Program-made: the position numbers and the translations under genes
Shown: one piece after another, positions 9,261 through 18,797 of the stretch
How the letters are laid out: each line of letters opens with the position of its first letter
How positions within the stretch are numbered: the stretch's first letter is position 1
DNA from: a virus
Length of the DNA: 64,000 nucleotides
IMG/VR virus record: IMGVR_UViG_3300025117_000049
Coordinates: 1-64,000 of that record
Reading direction: 5' to 3' (one strand)
The notes under the pieces: model-generated
What the model saw: only the letters and a program-made list of their open reading frames with translations
Database searches by the model: none
Told to the model about the DNA's origin: nothing

Positions 9261-10217
9261 TTAAAACAATAGCCCCTCTTGTTTTGCAACAATTTTTAAT
9301 GCGCAGGGAATATTCTTTTTCGCCTGATTATAATAAGATGGCTTCAATTCGATCCCCACCCCTTTGCGCCCTTGCTTTATGGCGCAGTAAACCTCAGATC
9401 CAACGCCCATGAATGGGGTCAAGACCACTTCCCCAGGATTGCTCCACAGGGTTAGACAGCGATCAATCACATCAAGTTGTAAAGGGTGAACGTGTTTTTC
9501 ATCTTGATCATCCTTGGCTTCCTTAAAAGGTAAAACATTGCTAATTCTAACGTCATCCCAGAAGGCGGAGGCATACTGACGCCATATCCAATGCGAGTAT
9601 CTATTCTCTATTTGGTTCCCATTCCACCCCTTGTATTTAAGAAGCTCTACCGGTATCTGCCGCTCACCAGCATATTCCATTAGCCCGTGCGGGTGGGCGA
9701 TCGGAATGGGATTGGCGCCTTTCTTGCGGAAAACCAAAAGATAATCGGCGCTGGCCACGCTACACCGGCTGGAATCGTCTACGATTGACTTGTGGGCCAG
9801 ATTCTTGGCCATTGTGCGGTTACGGACCCCAAGAGGTTCTTTCCAAACATGATAGCGGGCAATATACTCAAACCCAATTTGGCTGTGTAACCGAATTATG
9901 TCCCCCGGAAAGTCCTTTAGATAATCTGTTCCTGAGTTGCCGGAAGGGACGTCTGCACAATGAACTGCAGTCATACGCCCTGGCACAGTTAACCTAAAAA
10001 TCTCCTGTACTACATATGAGTAGTGCTCGAAGAATTGTTCATAATTTTTACAATTAGAAAGGTCCCTTTCAGAACTTGAGTAATGATATAATCCCCCAAA
10101 TGGAGGGCTGTATATTGATAAATGAACACTGTTCTTCTTTAGCCCTGGCATTACCTCCATGCAATCGCCTAAATAAATAGCATAATTATCTGTAATTTCC
10201 TGTTCTATTATAGCCAT
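9261..10217 (-). CDS. DNA methyltransferase (N4-C/N6-A, beta class)
   Basis: GDC, SPPF catalytic motif, VVLTPFMGVGS SAM motif. Confidence 0.9.
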   Translation of the reverse strand: MAIIEQEITDNYAIYLGDCMEVMPGLKKNSVHLSIYSPPFGGLYHYSSSERDLSNCKNYEQFFEHYSYVVQEIFRLTVPGRMTAVHCADVPSGNSGTDYLKDFPGDIIRLHSQIGFEYIARYHVWKEPLGVRNRTMAKNLAHKSIVDDSSRCSVASADYLLVFRKKGANPIPIAHPHGLMEYAGERQIPVELLKYKGWNGNQIENRYSHWIWRQYASAFWDDVRISNVLPFKEAKDDQDEKHVHPLQLDVIDRCLTLWSNPGEVVLTPFMGVGSEVYCAIKQGRKGVGIELKPSYYNQAKKNIPCALKIVAKQEGLLF

Positions 10218-11578
10218 TTTGGAGCCTCCATTTTAACCTTATATTCTTGTTGATCTATCTTTATAGAATTATTCATAAACTTAATTAGTTCAGCAAACAT
10301 ATCATCAGCAGCCTTTGCCTTCCTTTGTAAGTTTTCTAAAACCGACATGCTACCGCCAGTTGTAATTATATCCACTGTAACCGGCCTTGTTTGGCCAAAT
10401 CTCCAGCAGCGCCTGACCGATTGATAATATTGCTCAAAGGAATGGGAGGGAAAGAAAGTCATATGATTGCAATGCTGCCAATTCAAACCAAATCCGGCAA
10501 TCTTGCTTTTGGTAATCAAGACCTTTATTTTCCCCTCTGAAAATTCCATTAACTTTTCTTCCTTCCTTGTATCAGAATCCTTACCAGAAACCTGAACCGC
10601 ATTGGGGATTATTTTTTCTAACAAATCGCCTTCTGCATTAAGTGAACACCAAACTACAGAGATATCTTTTCCCCCTACTATCTCGGCTACTTTCTCGCAG
10701 CGCTCTTTGATGGTGAGTCTTAACTCGTCTCTTTGTTCATGAAGCCCTATCGCGGGCCTGACAAGTAATTCTCCTAGCAATGGTTTGGTATTATCTATCA
10801 ATATCTGATTTTCAATCAATGGGGGCAAAATAAATTTTTGGTCATCAAATCCTAAGTCAGACGGCTTGCGAAGCGCCCTGGCCCAGGATGCTACCCATCT
10901 CCAAAAAGGAACCTGGGCATGTTTTTTAAATCTCCATTTCATTACCTCCCCGCGAAACCTATTTATGGCTGACGTGTTATTATCATTCTTGAAAAATCTG
11001 TTGAGCATATCCATATAACCAAGTTCGCCAATCGCCTCAGAACTTGTACCTAGTTCGATATAATCATTAGGCGCTGCCGTAGCTGTACAAAGCAACCGAT
11101 AAGGGCGCTTGCGCATAAAATCTGTGATCAGCTTTTTCCTAGTTCCCTCAAAATTTTTAAGGATAGAACTTTCATCAGCAACCATACCAATGAAATCTTC
11201 CGAATTAAAAAGGTGTAGCCGTTCATAATTAGTTACAGTGATTTTCCCCTTGGGTTGGCCATCATCAGACCTAATACATTCAATGCCAAATTTCCTTCCT
11301 TCCTTAATGGTCTGATATGATACTGCTAACGGAGTAGCAATAATTACCCGCTTATTGGTTTTTTCAACTATACTCTCGGCCCAGGCTAATTGTATAGGGG
11401 TTTTTCCAAGACCGCAGTCGGCAAAAATAGCACCTTTCCCTTTTCTTAATGACCAATCTAAAAGAGATTTTTGGAAATCATAAAGAAAGTCTGGAATATT
11501 TATTGGATTAAATCCATTAAAAGTTCCTAACTGCCTCTTTTTATCCAAAAAATCATCATAATTTTTTAACCCTTCCAT
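10208..11578 (-). CDS. SF2/SNF2-like helicase
   Basis: DCGLGKT, DESS, TATAAPN, GFGLNWQ, QSVRRCWRFGQ. Confidence 0.9.
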   Translation of the reverse strand: MEGLKNYDDFLDKKRQLGTFNGFNPINIPDFLYDFQKSLLDWSLRKGKGAIFADCGLGKTPIQLAWAESIVEKTNKRVIIATPLAVSYQTIKEGRKFGIECIRSDDGQPKGKITVTNYERLHLFNSEDFIGMVADESSILKNFEGTRKKLITDFMRKRPYRLLCTATAAPNDYIELGTSSEAIGELGYMDMLNRFFKNDNNTSAINRFRGEVMKWRFKKHAQVPFWRWVASWARALRKPSDLGFDDQKFILPPLIENQILIDNTKPLLGELLVRPAIGLHEQRDELRLTIKERCEKVAEIVGGKDISVVWCSLNAEGDLLEKIIPNAVQVSGKDSDTRKEEKLMEFSEGKIKVLITKSKIAGFGLNWQHCNHMTFFPSHSFEQYYQSVRRCWRFGQTRPVTVDIITTGGSMSVLENLQRKAKAADDMFAELIKFMNNSIKIDQQEYKVKMEAPKWL

Positions 11579-11733
11579 TATTTTACCTCGTGACATTCGT
11601 AAAAGTCGCCTTTTCTAGGGTCAACATTAAATGTATTCTCTGATTTGGCAACAGCCGCCTTAGCCTTTTCTTCAGAATCCAGAACCCCTACAACCTCACC
11701 AGAACGATCAAAAACTATCCATACTTGATTCAT
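11578..11733 (-). CDS. small hypothetical protein
   Basis: AAGGAG RBS, MNQVWIVFD...; translationally coupled. Confidence 0.6.
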   Translation of the reverse strand: MNQVWIVFDRSGEVVGVLDSEEKAKAAVAKSENTFNVDPRKGDFYECHEVK

Positions 11734-11737
11734 TTTT

Positions 11738-12025
11738 CTACTCCTTAATCGGGTACTTGACCCCATTCTTGGCTATCTTTTCGATTATGGCATGCTCCAG
11801 GTCAATCCCGGAGACGTCCGCCAGGGATAATAGGAAAATGGCTATGTCCGCCATTTCCTCCCGGACCTTGTCCATGTCTGGCGCTCCCCAGCGGGCCTCG
11901 TGGCACAGCTCTCCTGCCTCCGATGCTATGGCCATGATCAGGTTGTTGACCGTATGCCACTTGGCCCAATCCCGGTCATCCCGGAACTTGGCCACCATCT
12001 CCTGAATTGCCTTGATGTCAGCCAT
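11738..12025 (-). CDS. MazG-like nucleotide pyrophosphatase (dCTP pyrophosphatase-like)
   Basis: FRDDRDW, EAGEL, EEMADI, KNGVKYP. Confidence 0.85.
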   Translation of the reverse strand: MADIKAIQEMVAKFRDDRDWAKWHTVNNLIMAIASEAGELCHEARWGAPDMDKVREEMADIAIFLLSLADVSGIDLEHAIIEKIAKNGVKYPIKE

Positions 12026-12031
12026 GTTCTA

Positions 12032-13552
12032 TTATAGCCCTTCCCTGATGAACTCAGAATCCACCACGGCCTGTCCCAACTCCAGGCATTGCAGGACCAT
12101 GGCCTTAGAGCTGCGCCGGTCATCCCGTTGGACGCTGGTGCCCACCCTCATCCTGAGCATACGTTCCTCATTTTCAGACTTGTCCAAAATTAGCATGCCG
12201 TCCACATCTCCCAGGATTTGCACCGACTCCCCAATGTCACTACCCTTCTTGGACTTGCGCTCGATGGCCGTCTTGCTCCCGGCCTGGAAGGGCATGACCA
12301 GCAGGGAATGATACTGCTGGGCCAGGGCTACGTTGTCCTGCCGGTTCTTGACTATGGCCATGCGGTCCTCGCCCCGGAAGCTCTGGAGGTCGGGACTGTC
12401 CACGACAATCACATGGGGCACGAATCCTTCCAGGTGTGCCCAGACCTCCAGGGTGGACCTGACCTCGGCCACCCCGGCGGACCGCATGGGCCAGTATTGG
12501 AACTTGAAGCGGGCACCCCGGAGCTGTCTGTCGGTTGCCTGTGCCCGCTTCCACGCTGCCCTCCATGCCGGTGGGCTTTTCTCAATCGGCACAGCCCATG
12601 TCTCCATCTGCCAATGATCTTGTTTCCTACAAGCAGCACAGGCCCGGTATCCCTGCGGCGCACGGGAGAAATGAGGCTGCTGGCCCTGGCCATCCAGTAG
12701 GGCCACCCGGTTGGTACGGTCGACCCTGGAGCAGTTGTTTTCCTGGTTCAGCCGACAGTCCCATACTGGCCACCATATCGGGCCAGACGGGGGTTTGAGT
12801 GGCACCCCAGCAATACCTTGGACGAACCGGCGAGTTTCCTTCCTGCGATTCATTTCAAAGGAGAATCGAGCCACGTTGAGGCCGGCATAGAGGGCCATGA
12901 GTTGAATGTACTGCACCATGTAGGACTTGCCGCCCTTGTAGTTGCCCACCAGACCCCAGGCATCTTCCCGGACGAACGGCCCAAGAAGGCGGCCCAGGGC
13001 ACCCGGCAGGGTGAACAGCTCGTCGTCGCCTTCGAATGCATCCCTTATGGCCCCCATGTCCTTGAGCGGCTCGCACCCAAGGGAAATTCCTTGACCAGGC
13101 CCGGTCCAGCGGGCCACAGCCTCCTCAGCGCCCAGCAGGTTGCCACTTGCAAGATGTCCATCTAAATCTTCTTTCAATAAGACTAAAGACCGTTCCTTGA
13201 AGAATATTATCGCTCGATCAAGAAGATATTCAGGATTTCCAACCTGTTCGTATTGTTCGTATTGTTCGCTTATAGATTCCAGAGTTTTTGCAATAAGCTC
13301 AGATTGATCAGAATCAAGTCCGTTCCGGCGATGGGCATCATAAATATCCCGTATATGTTGCTTTGGCGCCTGATCATAGATAGCTAAATAGTCTAAGCAC
13401 CATTTAGCACATGTTGCCATAAATGGAGTTGTAAAATATCTTGGTTTATAAATAACAGAAAGGCGGCGAAGAATCTTGTCATCTGTTATCATTCCAATAA
13501 GAACCGCTCTTTCTATGGAGAGATCAATGGTTTCTCTTTGCCAATTAACCAT
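12032..13552 (-). CDS. replicative DnaB-like helicase with Cys-rich insert
   Basis: Walker A GNYKGGKS, FSFEM, Walker B VIVVDSPD. Confidence 0.8.
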   Translation of the reverse strand: MVNWQRETIDLSIERAVLIGMITDDKILRRLSVIYKPRYFTTPFMATCAKWCLDYLAIYDQAPKQHIRDIYDAHRRNGLDSDQSELIAKTLESISEQYEQYEQVGNPEYLLDRAIIFFKERSLVLLKEDLDGHLASGNLLGAEEAVARWTGPGQGISLGCEPLKDMGAIRDAFEGDDELFTLPGALGRLLGPFVREDAWGLVGNYKGGKSYMVQYIQLMALYAGLNVARFSFEMNRRKETRRFVQGIAGVPLKPPSGPIWWPVWDCRLNQENNCSRVDRTNRVALLDGQGQQPHFSRAPQGYRACAACRKQDHWQMETWAVPIEKSPPAWRAAWKRAQATDRQLRGARFKFQYWPMRSAGVAEVRSTLEVWAHLEGFVPHVIVVDSPDLQSFRGEDRMAIVKNRQDNVALAQQYHSLLVMPFQAGSKTAIERKSKKGSDIGESVQILGDVDGMLILDKSENEERMLRMRVGTSVQRDDRRSSKAMVLQCLELGQAVVDSEFIREGL

Positions 13553-14345
13553 TGTTCACTCTTTCTTTTTTAATTTGTGCCCAATGCTTTTTTAAGGCCA
13601 CAGATAATTTTTGTCTTGTTTCTGGGGAATAAACTTTATTCTGCTGTGCTTGTCTAATTCTTTCTTTTGCCTCTTCGGTATGTCCACCTTTTTCTTTCCA
13701 TGCTTTTCTTGCTAAATTTAGTGTATTTTGTGAAGGCATTTGGCCTTTCTTTGCTTTTTTCATTTTTTCTATTGATTCTGGTTTATGTTTTCTCCCTTTA
13801 AAAGCCTGATTTCCTTTGTTTGCTCTGCCTATTTTTTCTTTTGTTTCTGGATGGCATTTCTTACCATAATTCCAACTATTTTCCCCTTTATGTTTTTCAC
13901 TCATTTTTTGTTTAGATTCTTCTGTATGAAACATACCCTTATGAATATTACTTAAATGCCTTTTACTTTCTTCTGACATTATTAATCCGCTACCACCTTC
14001 TCCACCATCAGTAAGGTTTGATAAACACCCAGTCTGTTTATTTATTCTTCCATACTGCTCAATAGCCGCTATTTCTAAGGCAAAAGAATCATCTTCAGAG
14101 AGACTAGATAAAATGATATCTTCCTCGAAATCTAATCCGTTTTTCCAAAGCTTATGAATAATTTTAACCTTAATTGATTTTCTTCCAGGCTTAATTAGTA
14201 ATTTTTCTGCTTCTTTACGATGATCAAATCTGCGACCATTTCCTGTCTTCCCCTTCCCTACATAAAATGGCTGCCATTTAGATTCGTCCATTGGATCGAC
14301 CTTATCTGGCCTACGCAGATAATAGAGATAGAAATTGTTAGCCAT
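13545..14345 (-). mobile_element. free-standing GIY-YIG-like homing endonuclease with NUMOD3-like repeats
   Basis: FYLYYLRRPDK...PFYVGKG, NLTDGGEG, HTEESKQKMS repeats; AT-rich. Confidence 0.85.
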
Positions 14346-14354
14346 TAACAATTC

Positions 14355-14492
14355 TCAAAAAATTGCCACGGACATATACCGTGGGCGGTAGGCCATGGCC
14401 AGTCGGCGCAGCACCCGGTCGCTGACTATGAGGCCGGTGACGATACGGCGCTCGACGCTAGTATCTATGGATTCTCGCTGCCAGGTCGTCAT
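14355..14492 (-). pseudogene. stranded 5' stub of the helicase gene (45 aa)
   Basis: MTTWQRESIDTSVERRIVTGLIVSDRVLRRLAMAYRPRY aligns with the helicase N-terminus MVNWQRETIDLSIERAVLIGMITDDKILRRLSVIYKPRY. Confidence 0.85.
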
Positions 14493-14746
14493 TGGATATT
14501 TTTCACAAACCTACAAGATTTAAGGCTAAAATATCCAATTTCATGAAATGGGCCGATTATCCAGGGTCTTTTACTATCTTGCTTAATTTCAGATAATTTA
14601 AAAGACCTTCCAGAGTAAAATTTATATTGTAGGTAAATATGATCTTCTTCAAAATCTATGCAGTATTGACCCTTGCCAATTCTATTTATAGTCCAAATTC
14701 GCCAACTAAATTGCTCGGCAACTTTTCTTAATTCGGCTTCAGTCAC
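14489..14746 (-). CDS. hypothetical protein (AT-rich)
   Basis: GGAGG RBS, GTG overlapping the deaminase stop. Confidence 0.55.
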   Translation of the reverse strand: MTEAELRKVAEQFSWRIWTINRIGKGQYCIDFEEDHIYLQYKFYSGRSFKLSEIKQDSKRPWIIGPFHEIGYFSLKSCRFVKNIQ

Positions 14747-15378
14747 GCTGTCCTCCTCAACCTGCGCCTGCTGGTGAATGGTTTCAATATTTCCTGAGCC
14801 AATTCTGTTGCCTGGCAACTCACCTCCAACTGCTCCATGGGCAGCAGTTCCCGGAGCCAGTCACTATCCGGATCATCATAATCAAGCTCAAAAAATACCC
14901 GGACAACCCCAGCCATCACCAGGATTTTTGTACAGGTTGCGCACGGGCGGGTGGTGCAGTAGAGAACAGAACCGGAGGTGGCCACTCCCAATCGGGCGGC
15001 CTGGGCCACGGCATTGGCCTCAGCATGGGATGACACGCAGGCCCGATCCTTCCTGGCATCCGGAATATTGGAAGCCCGGCGACGGCAATAGAGGATTTGG
15101 CCTGTGCCATGGCAGGCTGGGCAGGTTATTATTCTTTCTTCTATAGTTGGTGTAGATATTCGAATAGCCGAACATTTTCTAGTACCATTACAAGCAAGGC
15201 ATATAGATGGTTCTTGATTGCTGCAATGCTCCTGCCCCGGCAGTGCCCCATTATACCCGGTTGCAATAATGCGGTTGTCCCGCACCAGGACCGCTCCTTG
15301 TGGCCTGGAGTTGCAGGTGGAGCGCACTGCAGCCAGCTTGGCCTGCAAAAGATGATATTCATTCCAACTGGGGCGCAT
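14743..15378 (-). CDS. dCMP deaminase with inserted DnaJ-type zinc finger
   Basis: RSTC, ATGYNG, HAEANA, PCATC. Confidence 0.9.
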   Translation of the reverse strand: MRPSWNEYHLLQAKLAAVRSTCNSRPQGAVLVRDNRIIATGYNGALPGQEHCSNQEPSICLACNGTRKCSAIRISTPTIEERIITCPACHGTGQILYCRRRASNIPDARKDRACVSSHAEANAVAQAARLGVATSGSVLYCTTRPCATCTKILVMAGVVRVFFELDYDDPDSDWLRELLPMEQLEVSCQATELAQEILKPFTSRRRLRRTA

Positions 15379-15394
15379 CAGGAGCCTTCCTTTC

Positions 15395-15616
15395 TTACCG
15401 GATTTTTTCTGCTTGTTCCAGCTAATATAGCCTGATCAATGTCATCGACCATAGCCAATAGGCAGTTTTTACAAATCTTTCGCAAATGAGCGCCAATGGC
15501 TAAACTAATGCATTTGACCGAAATGACCTTAACTGTTATAAGTTTCCCGCACCAGTCACATTGACAGTCATCGTGCTAAATTTCTGGCCATCCCATTTAT
15601 TAAGCAGGACCGGCAT
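15395..15616 (-). pseudogene. possible disrupted small zinc-ribbon gene
   Basis: The frame with CDWC...ICKNC lacks a clean start (in-frame TAG, or a 1-nt shift from MPVLLNKW). Confidence 0.3.
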
Positions 15617-15619
15617 GAT

Positions 15620-16396
15620 CTACATCCCCAGCCAGGCTTTAGCGGCCGACCACTCAATGTCATTTATGTGAACATCTTTCGAGAATGCCACGGTCGGCCC
15701 TGGGAAGACCTCCCTGCCGGCGGCCTCTGATATCAGTTGGCAATGAGCTTCCTTGAGCATCTGGAAGCCTGCCATCTCAAGCGGCATGGCGCCAAACCAA
15801 TTCCAGCAGCGGAAGTGAATGTAGTAGTGAAGGTAGTTTTTATCGATTGTCCCTTTACTTTCACAGTATGGGCAATATTGAGCATTCTTTTTAGCTGAAA
15901 ATCCAATACAGATCGGGCATATTTCAAATTTCTTAATTATCCTGGTGTCAATGGACCGCAGGCATGGAATGGATTTGCCATTGACACACTTTAACATATC
16001 GTCGAACACCTGACCCACGGACATTATGGCCTTCTGGGTGTAGAAGCCGCCCTCAGCATACCGCCTGACTGTGTAGTCGATGCCGGACATCAACCATTGG
16101 GCATAGGTGTAGTGTTCGTTGGGTGAAGGTGGCTCGTTGGTGTAGAGATATGTGAGCAGATACTGTTCGGCATCGGCCTCGGAGCAGGTGGAGATGCAGC
16201 CGGGTTTGGACAGCGGCACCAGCGGGCGTTCCTCCGGGTGGGTGATGGTCACGGACATCCAATCCAGGGCCTTGCGGAGCATACCGGCCCGGGTGGAATC
16301 GTCTTTGCGGTATTCCCGACCCCTGGTCATGATCTCCCGCATGACGCCCAGCCATGCCTGCTCCAGGTTACGGACGGTGAGGTTAGCAGTAATCAT
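15620..16396 (-). CDS. thymidylate-synthase-fold enzyme (archaeal/deltaproteobacterial type), variant active site
   Basis: YTYAQWL, PCLRSIDTRI, FRCWNWFGAMPLEMAG, SKDVHI. Confidence 0.8.
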   Translation of the reverse strand: MITANLTVRNLEQAWLGVMREIMTRGREYRKDDSTRAGMLRKALDWMSVTITHPEERPLVPLSKPGCISTCSEADAEQYLLTYLYTNEPPSPNEHYTYAQWLMSGIDYTVRRYAEGGFYTQKAIMSVGQVFDDMLKCVNGKSIPCLRSIDTRIIKKFEICPICIGFSAKKNAQYCPYCESKGTIDKNYLHYYIHFRCWNWFGAMPLEMAGFQMLKEAHCQLISEAAGREVFPGPTVAFSKDVHINDIEWSAAKAWLGM

Positions 16397-16402
16397 TTAT
16401 TT

Positions 16403-16543
16403 TTACCGCCTCCAATGTTGTAGACTTATGATAAAAACTGCAAAAATCATTAATCCAGCGGTCGCTAAGCCCATGTAGATAGCAGAGGTTGAATCTGGGA
16501 TATTGTCGATCCAATCACACAACCGAAGAAATTCACTATACAT
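16403..16543 (-). CDS. small membrane protein
   Basis: AGGAGG RBS; single hydrophobic segment. Confidence 0.55.
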   Translation of the reverse strand: MYSEFLRLCDWIDNIPDSTSAIYMGLATAGLMIFAVFIISLQHWRR

Positions 16544-16615
16544 CAATAAGACCTCCTGATCCGTGGCTCCAGGCATTTCAGTTGTGGGCACCAGCATCCG
16601 TACCGGAGGATCACT

Positions 16616-17464
16616 TTATTCATATGCTATCCTTATTTTAGGTTTATAAAACCGACCTTTCGAATCTCTTTGTTTATTTTTTACTAATATTTTAGCATTA
16701 TCACTTCTAACCTTTCTTTCTTCATCACTATATTCCCTGCCATATTGATGGTTTTTCTCTCCTATTTGCGCGTCACTTATCTTCTTGCGAGTTTCTATAG
16801 AGCGTTTCTTTCCTTTATTTGACTTGCTGTTTTTATCTCTTGTTTCTTGCGACGGAGCAGGTCTATTTAGACCGACTATTCTCATTTTTTCAATAGATTC
16901 TGGTTTATGTTTTTTGCCTTTTCTATGTGATGGTCTCCCTTTTAACGCATTACTGATATTTATTAATGTTTCCGGAGAATGCGGTATGCCTTTGTTCCAA
17001 GGACAGTTTCCTAATAAAGAATTGCTTATTCGTTCTCTAACTTCAGGTGTCCTTACTTTACCTTTATTTCCCTTACTAATATTCTTTTTATGTTCGTCTG
17101 TGCAAATATAACCAGATATTCCTTCGCCGCCATTAGTGAGGTTAGTTAAACAGCCAGTATTATTATCTCTCCTTCCATAAGCATTTATAGCGTCCTGTTC
17201 TATTTCAAATGCTTCTTGTTCGGTAAGGTCTTTAAAGGCTATATCTTCTTCAAAATCTAACCCTAACCTCCAAAGTTTATGAATGATCCCAATTCTTAAT
17301 GGTTTTCTGCCAGGCTTTCCTGACAATAAAGTAGCTAATCGCCGATGCTCCTTAAATCTTTCATTATGGCCCTTTCCAATATAGAATGGCTGACTTTTCT
17401 CTGGCTCGAATTGATCGGGCTTATCCGGCCTTCTCAAAAAATATACATAAAAATTATTAGCCAT
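16616..17464 (-). mobile_element. free-standing GIY-YIG-like homing endonuclease with NUMOD3-like repeats
   Basis: FYVYFLRRPDK...PFYIGKG, NLTNGGEG, PWNKG; paralogue of 13545-14345. Confidence 0.85.
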
Positions 17465-17576
17465 TGTTTACGATTCTGGCCTTGGCGAAGTCAGACTCGG
17501 GATTGTCCCGAGCCAGTTTGGCGGCCAGGTCCAAGACCTCCTGCGGGGCATCCAGGTATTCTTGGTCAGCGCTCAC
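17457..17576 (-). pseudogene. 5' fragment of a small gene interrupted by the endonuclease
   Basis: GTG with GGAGG RBS; GC-rich until an abrupt AT shift; probable continuation at 16543-16623. Confidence 0.45.
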
Positions 17577-17830
17577 TCGATTATCCTCCCGCTGATCCCA
17601 CGCACATCCACGTCGGTGTAGACCTTGGCGGAGCCGATCACATATTGCTTCAGCTGATCTTCCATGCAAGTGATTTCCACGTAACCAGGTTCGATAGAGC
17701 GCACCAGCAGTCCGGTTTCCTGGGTGAACTCGTGAACTAGCGGCACGATCTTGGCAGCCAATTCAGTCTTTTTGAGCAGGATCATCTGATCCAGCGTGGC
17801 CAGTTTTTCAACCAGCTTTTGTTCCGGCAT
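17573..17830 (-). CDS. hypothetical protein
   Basis: GGAGG RBS, coupled ORF. Confidence 0.65.
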   Translation of the reverse strand: MPEQKLVEKLATLDQMILLKKTELAAKIVPLVHEFTQETGLLVRSIEPGYVEITCMEDQLKQYVIGSAKVYTDVDVRGISGRIIE

Positions 17831-18095
17831 GGTTAACCTCCAGTCTCACAAAATATATCATCTGGGCAACCCAGATGCAGTTGGCAGTCACTATTGATAG
17901 GCCGCCATAAAAAGATAACCATTGATTCAGATTTGGATAATAAAACAAATTCCACAATCCCCAGACAGCGAAGAATCCTGTGGTCAGAAAACTGACGCCT
18001 CGTACCATTCTTTGTTTATGAAGCAGGACGATACTCCGCCAGATGAACAAAGAGCCTGCAAACTCAAATATGCCATTGATGAGGTCTGGAGTCAT
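17808..18095 (-). CDS. PQ-loop/SemiSWEET-like 3-TM membrane protein
   Basis: Three hydrophobic helices with K-x-x-x-x-GVS after helix 1. Confidence 0.55.
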   Translation of the reverse strand: MTPDLINGIFEFAGSLFIWRSIVLLHKQRMVRGVSFLTTGFFAVWGLWNLFYYPNLNQWLSFYGGLSIVTANCIWVAQMIYFVRLEVNHAGTKAG

Positions 18096-18595
18096 TTATC
18101 TTTCATTTCGTCTAAATATAATTGGTGTCCACCAAAATGATTGTTGCCGCCGCTTGCCAGGTCATCCCGGAGATTCTTGGCAATGATCACCCGCCATTGG
18201 TGCGGATGTGATACCTGAAATTTCTCTAACCGGTAGTTGAGCCAGAGCCACCAGAGCGGAGCCACCAGCCAACTGGCCTTGTCTGCGTACCAGAGGTCAG
18301 AGCGAACCCATCCTTGTTCTGAAGATTCTGGGGTATGACCAGCCACGAACGCAGAACCTTTATCACCAAAAAGTTTCTTAGCGATGACGGCCCCGAGCAT
18401 CCAGTGACCATATTTAGCATTATTGTTAGATAGATACTGACGGCCAGCAACGCCCCAGTCATGGACAACGATGCAGATGATCTGCCATGGCTTCGGCCAA
18501 TGGCCGAACCACCAACGCCAGGCCTTGATAACCATGAGCGGGTGCATAATGAATGAGTGGCAGCCAATCAGCAGTGAGCGGGTTCCTTCAGTCAC
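18092..18595 (-). CDS. hypothetical protein (HD-like His/Asp motifs)
   Basis: GCHSFIMHP, VHDWG, GHW, ADK. Confidence 0.6.
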   Translation of the reverse strand: MTEGTRSLLIGCHSFIMHPLMVIKAWRWWFGHWPKPWQIICIVVHDWGVAGRQYLSNNNAKYGHWMLGAVIAKKLFGDKGSAFVAGHTPESSEQGWVRSDLWYADKASWLVAPLWWLWLNYRLEKFQVSHPHQWRVIIAKNLRDDLASGGNNHFGGHQLYLDEMKDK

Positions 18596-18797
18596 AATCC
18601 CATCTCCACATCCCTATCTCCCTGGCCAACTCATCATCGTTGTTAGCCAGCTGCCGCTTGTGTATAGGCCGGTCCATGGCCTCATCCATGATGTTCTCGG
18701 CCCCAGCCCGCTCCCGTTCCTTCTTGTACTGCTTGGGAAAGAAATGTGCCCGCATCTCCCCAAATGACCTGAACACTTTTTGTTCACCACTGGGCAT
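18588..18797 (-). CDS. small hypothetical protein
   Basis: AGGAGG RBS, MPSGEQKVF. Confidence 0.5.
   Translation of the reverse strand: MPSGEQKVFRSFGEMRAHFFPKQYKKERERAGAENIMDEAMDRPIHKRQLANNDDELAREIGMWRWDCD

Noticed and set aside
9261-11578. Restriction-modification system
   Set aside because: No nuclease motif seen; a helicase plus methyltransferase pair is common in phages.
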